From Acidimicrobiales bacterium (GTDB lineage Bacteria; Actinomycetota; Acidimicrobiia; Acidimicrobiales; RAAP-2), in the NCBI GenBank assembly GCA_036264255.1, contig DATARI010000132.1, forward strand, positions 2,775 through 66,774: DNA of 64,000 nucleotides. The letters are read 5' to 3'. The number at the start of each line of letters is the position of its first letter. The stretch's first letter is position 1. Positions 10,843-19,626 of this stretch are shown here, in pieces. Below the pieces are notes generated by a model, which saw only the letters and a program-made list of their open reading frames with translations, was not told where the DNA came from and ran no database searches. A program made the position numbers and the translations under genes.

Positions 10843-12948
10843 GTGAACGCCGCCTTCGGCAACACCGGTGTGCTCCTGGGGTTCACCGCCGCGGTGGTGG
10901 GGGTGATCGTCCTCGCCGTCGGGCTGGCCAAGGGCCGCGCCTCGCTCGTCCGAGCCGGGCAGATCTACGCGCCGGTGGTGCTGGTCGGCGGCCTGATCGC
11001 CACCGTGGCCATGGAGCACGCCCTCCTCACCCACGACTTCTCCCTCGCATTCGTGGCCGAGAACAACAGCCGGGAGACCCCGCTGCTGTACTCGATCGGG
11101 GGCATGTGGTCGGCCCTGTCGGGGTCGATCCTGTTGTGGGGCCTGATCCTCGGCGGCTACGCCACCGCCATGGTCTGGCGGTTCCGGCGGCGGGCAGCCG
11201 AGCCGCTGGTGGCGTGGGCCACCCTGGTCGTCTACGTGGTGGCGGCGTTCTTCTTCGGCCTGATGCTCCACGTCACCAACCCGTTCCTGCACGTGGTCGG
11301 GAAGATCCCGGTGGACGGCGCCGGCCCCAACTCCCTGCTGCAGGACAACCCCCTCGAAGTCATCCATCCCCCCTTGCTGTATCTCGGCTTCGTCGGCTTC
11401 ACCCTCCCTTTCGCCTTCGCCATCGGCTCGCTGGTCACCGGCCGTCTCGACAGCTCCTGGCAGCGGGAGACCCGCCGCTGGACCCTGTTCGCCTGGACCT
11501 TCCTCACCGCCGGCATCGTCCTCGGTGCCCTCTGGTCCTACCAGGTGTTGGGGTGGGGTGGCTTCTGGGCCTGGGACCCGGTGGAGAACGCCTCGTTCCT
11601 GCCCTGGCTGGTCGGGACCGCCTACCTCCACTCGGTGATGGTCCAAGAGCGCCGGGGCCTGCTCCGGATCTGGAACCTGGCCCTGGTCATCTCCACCTTC
11701 AGCCTGACCATCCTCGGCACCTTCCTCACCCGGTCCGGGGTGATCCAGTCGGTCCACGCCTTCTCCAACTCGACCATCGGGCCGTTGCTGCTCGGCTTCT
11801 TCGGCCTCGTCCTGGTCACCGGCTTCGGGCTGATCGCCTGGCGGGGGGACAACCTGCGGTCGGCCGGGGGGATCGACTCGCCGATCAGCCGGGAGGGGGC
11901 GTTCTTGGCCAACAACCTGCTGTTCGTGGCGTTCGCCTTCGTGGTCCTGTTGGTGACGGTCTTCCCCCTCCTCTACGAGGCCCTCAACGGCGGTCGGCAG
12001 ATCACCGTCGGGGCCCCCTACTTCAACCGGCTGGTCATCCCGATCGCCCTCGGGCTGCTGTTCCTGATGGCGGTGGCTCCCGCCCTCCCGTGGCGGAAGA
12101 CGTCGATCGAGGTCATGCGCGGGCGACTGGCGGTACCGGCGGTAGTGGCGGTGCTGGTGGTGGTCGGGTGCGTGCTCGGCGGGGTGAAGGGGATCGAACC
12201 GTTGGCCGCCTTCGGCTTGGGCGCCTTTGCCGCCGCCTCCGCCGGCCGGGCGTTGGCCCTGTCGGTACGGCTGTCGTGGCGGGGCGCCCGGCTGTCGGGA
12301 GCGTCGCCGGCCCGTTCGGTGCTGGCCGGGTGGCGGGGGTTCGTCGGGCGGGCCAACGGCGGCATGGTCGTCCACATCGGGGTGGTGATCATCGCGGTCG
12401 GGATGGCGGCGGCCACCGCCTTCGGGCACCGGACCGAGGTGGCGCTGTCCCCGGGGCAGTCGGCCACCTTCGCCGGACACCGGATCCAGTTCGTCGGGAC
12501 CCGGACGCTGAAGACGGCGTCCCGGTCCGCCTTCCAGGCGGTGCTCAAAGTGGACGGCGGAGGAAGCTACCTCCCGGCCATCACCCAGTTCGGGGCCGGG
12601 AGCCAGGACGTCGGCACGCCGGCCATCGACGCCAGCTGGCGGGACGACGTCTACCTGACCATCGACGCCACCGCCACCTCCGGATCGCAACTGACCTTCG
12701 GGGTGGTCGTCCAACCGCTGGTGATGTGGTTGTGGGTGGGCGGCGCCCTGCTGGTGTTCGGCTCGGTGCTCTCGGCGGTTCCCGGTCGGCGCCGCCGTCC
12801 GACCGACCCGGTGTCCGCGGTGCCTGATTCGGTGGCTTCGGAGAACGGGTCCGAGCCATCGGCTCCGGTCGGCGCGGAAGTCGGCGTAGACGGCGGACCC
12901 GGAAGCTTGCCGGAACCCGATCCCGAGCCGGTCCCGGTCGGGAACTAG
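10843..12948 (+). CDS. ccmF: Cytochrome c heme lyase subunit CcmF
   Basis: 701-aa polytopic protein with WWD motif WGGFWAWDPVENASFLPWL. GTG start. Confidence 0.95.
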   Translation: MNAAFGNTGVLLGFTAAVVGVIVLAVGLAKGRASLVRAGQIYAPVVLVGGLIATVAMEHALLTHDFSLAFVAENNSRETPLLYSIGGMWSALSGSILLWGLILGGYATAMVWRFRRRAAEPLVAWATLVVYVVAAFFFGLMLHVTNPFLHVVGKIPVDGAGPNSLLQDNPLEVIHPPLLYLGFVGFTLPFAFAIGSLVTGRLDSSWQRETRRWTLFAWTFLTAGIVLGALWSYQVLGWGGFWAWDPVENASFLPWLVGTAYLHSVMVQERRGLLRIWNLALVISTFSLTILGTFLTRSGVIQSVHAFSNSTIGPLLLGFFGLVLVTGFGLIAWRGDNLRSAGGIDSPISREGAFLANNLLFVAFAFVVLLVTVFPLLYEALNGGRQITVGAPYFNRLVIPIALGLLFLMAVAPALPWRKTSIEVMRGRLAVPAVVAVLVVVGCVLGGVKGIEPLAAFGLGAFAAASAGRALALSVRLSWRGARLSGASPARSVLAGWRGFVGRANGGMVVHIGVVIIAVGMAAATAFGHRTEVALSPGQSATFAGHRIQFVGTRTLKTASRSAFQAVLKVDGGGSYLPAITQFGAGSQDVGTPAIDASWRDDVYLTIDATATSGSQLTFGVVVQPLVMWLWVGGALLVFGSVLSAVPGRRRRPTDPVSAVPDSVASENGSEPSAPVGAEVGVDGGPGSLPEPDPEPVPVGN

Positions 12949-12954
12949 GGGCGG

Positions 12955-13500
12955 GTGATGGGAAGCCACCGGGCCCGCTGGATCGGGATCACCGTGCTCG
13001 TCGTCGCGGCGGGACTCATCGCCGTCCTTGCCAGCCGCCCGTCGGCCTCGGTGGCCTCGGTGCAGAGCCCGCTGGTGGGCCACCCCGCCCCCGCCATCAC
13101 CGGCACCACCTTCGCCGGCTCGGACGTCAGCGTCCCCACCGCCCCCGGTCACTTCGTGGTATTGAACTTCTTCGCCAGCTGGTGTGTCCCCTGCCAACAG
13201 GAGGGCCCCTCCCTGGTGGCCTTCCAGTTCGAGCACCAACAGGCCGGCGACGCGTCGATGATCAGCGTGGTGTTCGGTGACACCCTGTCGGCGGCCCGGT
13301 CATACCAGACCACCCTCGGCGTCAACTGGCCGACCCTCACCGATGCCCAGGGGAAACTGGCGTTGGCCTACGGGGTCAGCGACCGGCCGACCACCTTCGT
13401 GATCGCCCCCGACGGGCGGGTGGCCGCCTACATCGTCGGGGCGGTGACGGCCAAGGACCTCGACAGGGTGATCGCGGCGGCGAAGGCGACCCACGCGTGA
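12955..13500 (+). CDS. ccmG: Thiol:disulfide oxidoreductase CcmG/DsbE (TlpA-like thioredoxin)
   Basis: Signal anchor followed by a thioredoxin fold with FFASWCVPCQQE (CXXC). Confidence 0.85.
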   Translation: MMGSHRARWIGITVLVVAAGLIAVLASRPSASVASVQSPLVGHPAPAITGTTFAGSDVSVPTAPGHFVVLNFFASWCVPCQQEGPSLVAFQFEHQQAGDASMISVVFGDTLSAARSYQTTLGVNWPTLTDAQGKLALAYGVSDRPTTFVIAPDGRVAAYIVGAVTAKDLDRVIAAAKATHA

Positions 13501-14816
13501 GCGCCCCGACCCGGCGATACCGTTTCCCGCTCTGGATCATCCTCGGGGTGGTGCTGGTGGCGGCTCTCGTCATCGGGAGCGGCGCCCTCAACACCACGCC
13601 GGTGACCCCGGCCCAGCGGGCGGTGGCCATCGAGACCGGGATCAAGTGCCCGAGCTGCGAGGATCTGTCGGTCGCCAACTCCAGCGCCCAGACCGCGGTG
13701 TTCGTCCGCAACAGTGTCCGTCAGCTGATCGGCGAGGGGAAGTCCGACCAGCAGATCCAGGCCTACCTGGTCTCCCGGTACGGGTCGGCGATCGTGCTGG
13801 TGCCGCCGGCCAGCGGCTGGTCGTTGCTGGTCTGGGTTCTTCCCCTTGGCGGTGGTGCGGCGGCGGTGATCATCCTGGCCGTCGTGTTGGTCCGGAAGCG
13901 CCGGACCGCCACCGAGGATCCGGTCGACGCCGCCCGGGAAGAGGCGTCCCTCGATGCCGGGGCATCGCCCGACCAACTCGACGCCCGCCGCCAGTTCCTG
14001 GAACAGTCGCTGGCCGACGCCTTCGCCGAGCACCGGGCCGGTGATCTGTCCGACCGGGACTTCCAGGCCCTGCGACGACGGGACACCGCCCGGCTGGCGG
14101 CTCTCGACCTTCGGATGGTCGAAGACTCCGATGTCGCGGTGCTGGTCGGCGCGTCGGAGACGGCTGACCCGGAGGTCGAGGTGCGAGCGGCGGCGGGATC
14201 GACCGAACCGGCCTTGGCGGCTCCAGGGACGGCGACTCCGGTGCCGGGGGCGAGGAGAAGTCGCCGGCAGCGGTTCCTGATCACCGGAGCCATCGCCTCG
14301 TTCGGAGCCGCCCTGGTGTTGGTGGTCGCCCTGTTCGCGGCCAGCCGTCTCCCCGGCCAGACCCCGACCGGCAATCCCAACCTCAGCCAGCAGGCCCAGA
14401 TCCAACAGTCACTGGCCCAGGCCGCCACCCTCGAGAACCAGGGCCAGTCGGGGGAGGCGGCCCAGCTCTACCAGAAGGTCCTGACCCAGGACCCCCAGAA
14501 CGAGGTGGCGACCGCCCAGCTCGGATGGCTCGAGTACAACACCGGAGTCCAGGGAAAGAGCGCGTCGTTGATCGCCGACGCCCGGGCCAAGCTCGACCAA
14601 GCCATCCAGCTGAACCCCACCGACTACGCCGCCCGGCTGTATCTCGGCACCGTGATCCTCGACCAGGACAACAACGCGGCGGCGGCGGTCGCGCAGTACC
14701 AGGCGTTCCTGGCCGACAATCCGCCCGCCGCCCTCCTGCAGCAGGCGGCGACCATCCTCCGCCAGGCCTATACCCAGGCGGGAACGCCGGTCCCCGCCGC
14801 CGTCCCCGCCGCCTGA
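13497..14816 (+). CDS. ccmH: CcmH with C-terminal CcmI-like TPR module (fusion)
   Basis: In order: TM, IKCPSCEDLSVANS (CXXC, CcmH/NrfF type), TM, a long D/E/A/R-rich linker, a third TM, then TPR-like repeats (AAQLYQKVLTQDPQNEVATAQLGWLEY...). GTGA overlap with ccmG. Confidence 0.8.
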   Translation: MSAPTRRYRFPLWIILGVVLVAALVIGSGALNTTPVTPAQRAVAIETGIKCPSCEDLSVANSSAQTAVFVRNSVRQLIGEGKSDQQIQAYLVSRYGSAIVLVPPASGWSLLVWVLPLGGGAAAVIILAVVLVRKRRTATEDPVDAAREEASLDAGASPDQLDARRQFLEQSLADAFAEHRAGDLSDRDFQALRRRDTARLAALDLRMVEDSDVAVLVGASETADPEVEVRAAAGSTEPALAAPGTATPVPGARRSRRQRFLITGAIASFGAALVLVVALFAASRLPGQTPTGNPNLSQQAQIQQSLAQAATLENQGQSGEAAQLYQKVLTQDPQNEVATAQLGWLEYNTGVQGKSASLIADARAKLDQAIQLNPTDYAARLYLGTVILDQDNNAAAAVAQYQAFLADNPPAALLQQAATILRQAYTQAGTPVPAAVPAA

Positions 14817-14820
14817 CCGC

Positions 14821-15792
14821 TCAGGGGACCAGCACCACCTTGCCGGACAGGGTCCGGTCGATGAGCCCGGACATCACCGCTCCGGCCTCTTCCAGCGGGT
14901 ACTCGCTCGGGACGGTGGGGTGGAGCCGGCCGTCGCCGATCATCGTCACCAGCTCGGCCAGGAGCTCCCGGTTCCCGAGCGGGTCACGGAAGGTCCAGGC
15001 CCCCCAGTCCACCCCTACCACCGTCCGATTGTTCAACAACACCTGATTGAGCGGGACCGACGCGATCGGGCCGGAAGCGAACCCGATCACGCAGAAACGG
15101 CCGAAGGGTCGGATGGCCCGGAGGGCGGGCTCGCTGTGGCGGCCTCCGACCGAATCGATGACGACGTCGACCCCGCCATCGGATATCTCCCGGGCCCGGA
15201 CCTTGAGGTCCTCTTCCTCGTAGGCGATGGTGGCTTCCGCTCCCATCGCCGTCGCCTTGTCGAGTTTCTCCTGGGTCGAGGCGGCGGCGATCACCCGCGC
15301 CCCCAACGCACGGGCCAGGTCGATGGCCGCCAGCCCCACCCCGCCGCCGGCTCCCAACACCAGCACCCACTCACCCGGTTGCACCGAGGTCCGGCGGGTG
15401 AGGGTGAACAGCACGGTGGCGTAGCTCTGGATGACGGTGGCGGCCTGGCCGAAACCCAGGCCGTCGGGCATCGCCATCACGGAGAGGGCGGGCACCGCCA
15501 CCTGTTCGGCAAACCCGCCGAAGCCGGTGGAGACGATGACCCGGTCACCCACCGCTACCCCGGTGACCCCTGCCCCGATCGCCGACACCTCGCCGGCGAT
15601 CTCCCCGCCGGGGTGGAAGGGGGTAGGGGGCTTGATCTGGTACCGCCCCTGGCACAGCAGCCCGTCGACGAAGTTCACCCCGGCGGCCCGCACGTCCACC
15701 ACCACCTGGCCCTCGCCCGGGATCGGAGGGTCGTGGTCCTCGACGACGAGATCGGACAGCGGCCCCAACTGCTTGCAGACGACGGTTCGCAT
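14821..15792 (-). CDS. NADPH:quinone oxidoreductase / zeta-crystallin-like MDR family protein
   Basis: MDR pattern PFHPGGEIAGEV and Rossmann motif VLGAGGGVGLAAIDLARALGARV. No catalytic zinc Cys/His pattern is present. Confidence 0.85.
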   Translation of the reverse strand: MRTVVCKQLGPLSDLVVEDHDPPIPGEGQVVVDVRAAGVNFVDGLLCQGRYQIKPPTPFHPGGEIAGEVSAIGAGVTGVAVGDRVIVSTGFGGFAEQVAVPALSVMAMPDGLGFGQAATVIQSYATVLFTLTRRTSVQPGEWVLVLGAGGGVGLAAIDLARALGARVIAAASTQEKLDKATAMGAEATIAYEEEDLKVRAREISDGGVDVVIDSVGGRHSEPALRAIRPFGRFCVIGFASGPIASVPLNQVLLNNRTVVGVDWGAWTFRDPLGNRELLAELVTMIGDGRLHPTVPSEYPLEEAGAVMSGLIDRTLSGKVVLVP

Positions 15793-15815
15793 GGGATGAA
15801 CCTATCGGCGCCGCC

Positions 15816-16148
15816 TCACTTGGCCAATCTGGACAGGAGGGCCTTGGGCGCCCGTCGTCGCCACGACTCGGTCAGCAGCTCGGTGAGCAGTTCGGGGTCG
15901 ACGTGGTCGAGGTCCACCCGGACCCCGCTCAGCCGCTTGCCCCACCACAGTTCCTCACAGCCCGACGGGTTCTCGGCCACCGCCAAGGCCGTCTCGTCCT
16001 CGTCGGCCATGACGTTCAGGTGGGTGGGGTCCGGCACGGTGGCGAAGATCTTGTGGTTGACCCGAAACGACGACCGGTCGTGATGGGGCTCTTCGGTCGC
16101 CTCGGGGAGGGAGAGGGCGATCCGCCGAGCGTCGTCCAGGCTGACCAT
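15816..16148 (-). CDS. MmcQ/YjbR-family protein
   Basis: The 110-aa C-terminal part of the track ORF, from ATG 16148. LSLPEATEEPHHDRSSFRVNHKIFATV resembles the YjbR/MmcQ family. The upstream part of the ORF is G/R-rich read-through. Confidence 0.7.
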   Translation of the reverse strand: MVSLDDARRIALSLPEATEEPHHDRSSFRVNHKIFATVPDPTHLNVMADEDETALAVAENPSGCEELWWGKRLSGVRVDLDHVDPELLTELLTESWRRRAPKALLSRLAK

Positions 16149-16186
16149 GCCCAAAACGCTATCGCCGCCGGCCGCCACCCTGCCGG

Positions 16187-17329
16187 TCAGCGGAGGGACC
16201 GGAGACCCTCCACCACCGCTGGAAACGCCGCCGCGAAGGCGGCGATGTCGGCATCGACGGTCGACCAGCCGATCGAGAGCCGGAGTGACCGCTCGGCGTC
16301 CACTCCCATCGCCTCCAACACCGGCGAGGGCTCCAACGACTCCGAAGAGCACGACGACCCGGAATGGGCGGCGATGCCGGCCTGGTCGAGGCCGAGCAAC
16401 ACCGGTTCTGCCTCGACGCCGTCGATCCAGACGCAGAGGATGTGGGGAAGATGATGGTCGGGATCCCCGAACACCGTGATCCCCTTGACGTCACCCACGG
16501 TCGCCGCCAGCGCGGCGGTCCGGCGTCGGGCCTCGGCGGCCTCTCTTTCCAGCCGCCCCGGGGCGGCCAGAACGTCTGCCGCCGCTCCGAACCCGATGGC
16601 CGCCGGCACGTTCTCGAATCCGGCCCGGCGAGCCCGTTCCTGTTCGCCTCCCACCACGAACGGATCGATGCGCAGCCCCCGCCGCACGATGAGGGCGCCG
16701 ATGCCGGGGGGCCCGCCGAGTTTGTGGGAGGACACCGAGACGAGATCGGCGTCAAGATCACCGGCGTCGACGGGGAGGTGGCCGGCGGCGGCCACCGCAT
16801 CGACGTGGGAGAGCACGCCGAGCTGGCGGCAGCGGGAGACGATGTCCCTGACCGGCTGCAGCGAGCCGACTTCGTGATTGGCCCACTGGCAGTGGACGAG
16901 CGAGGGAAGTTGGCCGAACTCCGAGTGGCAGCGTGCGATGGCGTCATCGAATGCCTGGAGACGGACGACCCCGAGCCCGTCGACGGCGGGTTGGACCACC
17001 ACCCCCGATCGACCCGACGAGTCACGGACGGAGGAGTGCTCGACCGCCGAGCAGACCACCGGTCCCCGAGCGTGCCGGGTGGCTCCCCAGACGGCGGCGT
17101 TGATCGACTCGGTGCCGCCGGAGGTGAAGACGATCTGGCGCGGCCGCACCCCGAAGAAGGCGGCGACCTGGTCTCGCCCGTCCTCCAGGGCGGCCCGGGC
17201 GATCCGGCCTTCGGTATGGACCCGGCCGGGGTCGGCGGTGACTCCGGAGGAGGCCCATCCCTCCATCGCCTCTCGGGCCTCAGGCCGTAGCGGCGCGGTG
17301 GAGGCGTGATCCAAATAGTGGCGGGCCAA
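16187..17329 (-). CDS. Cysteine desulfurase (class V aminotransferase, NifS/IscS-like)
   Basis: PLP-lysine block SVSSHKLGGPPGIG and active-site Cys loop HSGSSCSS. Confidence 0.85.
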   Translation of the reverse strand: MARHYLDHASTAPLRPEAREAMEGWASSGVTADPGRVHTEGRIARAALEDGRDQVAAFFGVRPRQIVFTSGGTESINAAVWGATRHARGPVVCSAVEHSSVRDSSGRSGVVVQPAVDGLGVVRLQAFDDAIARCHSEFGQLPSLVHCQWANHEVGSLQPVRDIVSRCRQLGVLSHVDAVAAAGHLPVDAGDLDADLVSVSSHKLGGPPGIGALIVRRGLRIDPFVVGGEQERARRAGFENVPAAIGFGAAADVLAAPGRLEREAAEARRRTAALAATVGDVKGITVFGDPDHHLPHILCVWIDGVEAEPVLLGLDQAGIAAHSGSSCSSESLEPSPVLEAMGVDAERSLRLSIGWSTVDADIAAFAAAFPAVVEGLRSLR

Positions 17330-17344
17330 GGGTTGCCCTCCGGG

Positions 17345-18130
17345 TTAGACCAGGGCGGCGCACTGGTCGTCGCCCCGGGCCCGAGACGAAGACAGGATGA
17401 CCGGAACGCTTCCTTCCAGCCCCTCACCGCACAGTCCGGCCAGCAGCCCCTTCACCATGCCCCGGTCGACTGCGCAGAGGACGGGAAACTGGGAGGCGGT
17501 GCTTCCGAACGGGCAGTTGTCCGCCACCACCGCGGTGGAGGTCCCCTGGTCCTCGGCGTGGGCGGCGAACCCGTGGGCGGTCAACGTGTCGGCGATGGCA
17601 TGCATGGCGGTCCGAAGGGACCGCTGCCCGTCGCCGGGCGACATCTGGTTGGCCAGGGCCCGGCCGTACTCCTCGCCGACCCGCTCGGCCATCCCTTCGG
17701 CCGCCACCGGGCCCAGCAGTTGCAGGGCCTCTTGAAGAAGGAGGACGAGGAGATCGTCGCGTCGGGTCAGCAGATCGAGGGTCGGATCGTTGCCGATGGC
17801 CCGGAATCGTTTCGACGGTCGCCCGGCCCCGGTCCCCGAGGCCCGCTCCATGGTCACCTCGAGGTAACCACCGGTGGCCAGTCGCTCGAGGTGATGACGG
17901 GCGACGTTCGGATGCAGCGAGAACCGGGTGGCGACCTCGGAGGAGGTGGCGCCCGGGTTGGCCCGTACGAACAGGTAGATCTCCCGGCGGGTGGGGTCGC
18001 CGAACGCCGAGGTGACGGCGGTGACGGCGGCAGAGAAGTGACTATCGGACTCGTTGGAGTCGGCGGCCCCGCTGTGGATCTCCACCGGTTCCGGGGGAGG
18101 GGCGACCACCGCGGGTCGGTCTGGGGCCAC
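17345..18130 (-). CDS. ArsR-type winged-helix regulator with Cys-containing C-terminal domain (COG2345/SufR-like)
   Basis: wHTH: FGDPTRREIYLFV...SSEVATRFSLHPNVARHHLERLATGGYL...GRPSKRF. C-terminal cysteines in DNCPFGS...VLCAVDRGMVKGLLAGLC. GTG 18130 was chosen because GAGGA lies 7 nt upstream; an alternative GTG is at 18136. Confidence 0.7.
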   Translation of the reverse strand: MAPDRPAVVAPPPEPVEIHSGAADSNESDSHFSAAVTAVTSAFGDPTRREIYLFVRANPGATSSEVATRFSLHPNVARHHLERLATGGYLEVTMERASGTGAGRPSKRFRAIGNDPTLDLLTRRDDLLVLLLQEALQLLGPVAAEGMAERVGEEYGRALANQMSPGDGQRSLRTAMHAIADTLTAHGFAAHAEDQGTSTAVVADNCPFGSTASQFPVLCAVDRGMVKGLLAGLCGEGLEGSVPVILSSSRARGDDQCAALV

Positions 18131-18182
18131 TTGCACGTCCTCTAGTCTACGGTGAACCCGAATTTTCGCGAGGAGATTTTGC

Positions 18183-19355
18183 ATGTCCACCGACGAGTCC
18201 CAGGTCAGAGCGGTTGTTGCCGCGGTGACCGACCCCGAGCTGCGCCGCCCGCTGGGGGAATTGGGCATGGTCGGCGCGGTGCGGGTGAAGCGGAAGCGGG
18301 TGGCCGTCGATATCGCCCTGCCCGTCGAGCATTATCCGCAGGTCGACGAATTGGTGGCCAGGGTCCGCCGGGCCGCCGGGGTGCTTCCCGGGATCGACGA
18401 GGTGGCGGTGGAGCAGACGGTGATGGGGGAGGAGGATCGGGCCCGGCTCCGGATGTTGCTGCGGGGGGAGCCGGTCGACGGCGAAACCGACGAGGCGGGA
18501 CACGATCATGCCGGCCATGATCACGGCGCCCCCCTCGGCCACGAGGAAGGCCGTCCCAACCGGTTCATGCTCCCGCGATCGAAGACCCGGGTGATCGGGG
18601 TGTCGTCGGGCAAGGGCGGTGTCGGGAAGTCGTCGGTGACGGTGAATCTGGCGGTGGCCCTGGCCCGGACCGGCTACGACGTCGGCATCCTCGACGCCGA
18701 TGTCTACGGGTTCTCCGTCCCGAAGATGCTCGGGGTCACCGAGGACCCGCTGATCATCGGCGATCTGGTCGTCCCGGCCACCGCCAACGGCGTGCGTTGC
18801 CTTTCAATGGGTTTCTTCGTCCCTGATGACACCCCGGTGATCTGGCGTGGCCCCATGCTCCACAAGGCCTTGGAGCAGTTCCTGGTCGATGCCTACTGGG
18901 GCGAGCCTGATTTCCTCCTGGTCGACATGCCCCCCGGCACCGGGGACGTCACCTTGTCCCTCGGCCAGTACCTGACCAAGACCGAGGTGTTCGTGGTCAC
19001 CACCCCGCAGCCGGCCGCCCAGCGGGTGGCCCAGCGCTCGGCCTACGCCGCCCGCAAGTTGAAGCTGTCGGTCCGGGGGGTGATCGAGAACATGAGCTGG
19101 TTCACCGGCGACGACGGCACCCGGTACGAGCTGTTCGGATCGGGTGGGGGAGCTCAGCTCTCCCGCGAGCTCGGGGTGCCATTGTTGGCGCAGGTGCCAC
19201 TGGTCCCGGCGGTGCGAGAAGGCGGCGACATCGGGATCCCGGTGGCGGTCGCCGATCCTGACGGTGAAGCCGCCGCCGTCTTTGCGGCGTTGGCCACCAC
19301 CATCGCGGAGATGGGTCCGGCCCGGGTCTACCGCAAGGAGTTGACGGTTCGCTGA
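18183..19355 (+). CDS. Fe-S cluster carrier ATPase Mrp/ApbC with N-terminal DUF59 domain
   Basis: DUF59-like N-terminus (VTDPELRRPLGELGMV), a His-rich linker (HDHAGHDHGAPLGHEE) and a deviant Walker A (VSSGKGGVGKSS). Confidence 0.9.
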   Translation: MSTDESQVRAVVAAVTDPELRRPLGELGMVGAVRVKRKRVAVDIALPVEHYPQVDELVARVRRAAGVLPGIDEVAVEQTVMGEEDRARLRMLLRGEPVDGETDEAGHDHAGHDHGAPLGHEEGRPNRFMLPRSKTRVIGVSSGKGGVGKSSVTVNLAVALARTGYDVGILDADVYGFSVPKMLGVTEDPLIIGDLVVPATANGVRCLSMGFFVPDDTPVIWRGPMLHKALEQFLVDAYWGEPDFLLVDMPPGTGDVTLSLGQYLTKTEVFVVTTPQPAAQRVAQRSAYAARKLKLSVRGVIENMSWFTGDDGTRYELFGSGGGAQLSRELGVPLLAQVPLVPAVREGGDIGIPVAVADPDGEAAAVFAALATTIAEMGPARVYRKELTVR

Positions 19356-19361
19356 CCCGGT

Positions 19362-19388
19362 CCTCGTCAGGTCGCCGACCTGACGAGG
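19362..19388. terminator. Near-perfect palindrome between convergent genes (candidate bidirectional terminator)
   Basis: CCTCGTCAGGTCG-C-CGACCTGACGAGG, with 13-nt complementary arms, starts 7 nt after the mrp stop. No U-tract is present. Confidence 0.45.
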
Positions 19389-19443
19389 TGGGAGCCAGTG
19401 GTCACCGGAGAGGTTCGGTCACGCCGGTGGTCGGGCGCCGGCG

Positions 19444-19626
19444 TCACGCCGCCCGGCGATCCCGGTCCCGGACCTGGATGATGGTGGCCCCTTTGATCCC
19501 GAGCGCGTCCAGCACGGTGAAGAGCTCCAAGGGGTCGGAGCGGGCAGCGACCACCCGTCGGCCCTCCAGCGCCACCCAGCGGCTCTGATACCGCGCCCGG
19601 TCGGCGGCGGACAGGTGGGCGGTCAT
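19444..19626 (-). CDS. Small uncharacterised protein (60 aa), DUF5678-like
   Basis: MTAHLSAADRARYQSRWVALEGRRVVAARSDPLELFTVLDALG... Its ATG overlaps the upstream gene's stop (ATGA). The resemblance to small '(K/R)WVAl..g.VVa' proteins is from memory only. Confidence 0.5.
   Translation of the reverse strand: MTAHLSAADRARYQSRWVALEGRRVVAARSDPLELFTVLDALGIKGATIIQVRDRDRRAA

Noticed and set aside
10720-13239. 839-aa minus-strand ORF spanning the ccmE/F/G region
   Set aside because: It lies antisense to genes with unmistakable motifs (the CcmF WWD motif). Its translation is R/G/P/D/H-rich low complexity with no motif. This is the typical long open antisense frame of very GC-rich DNA.
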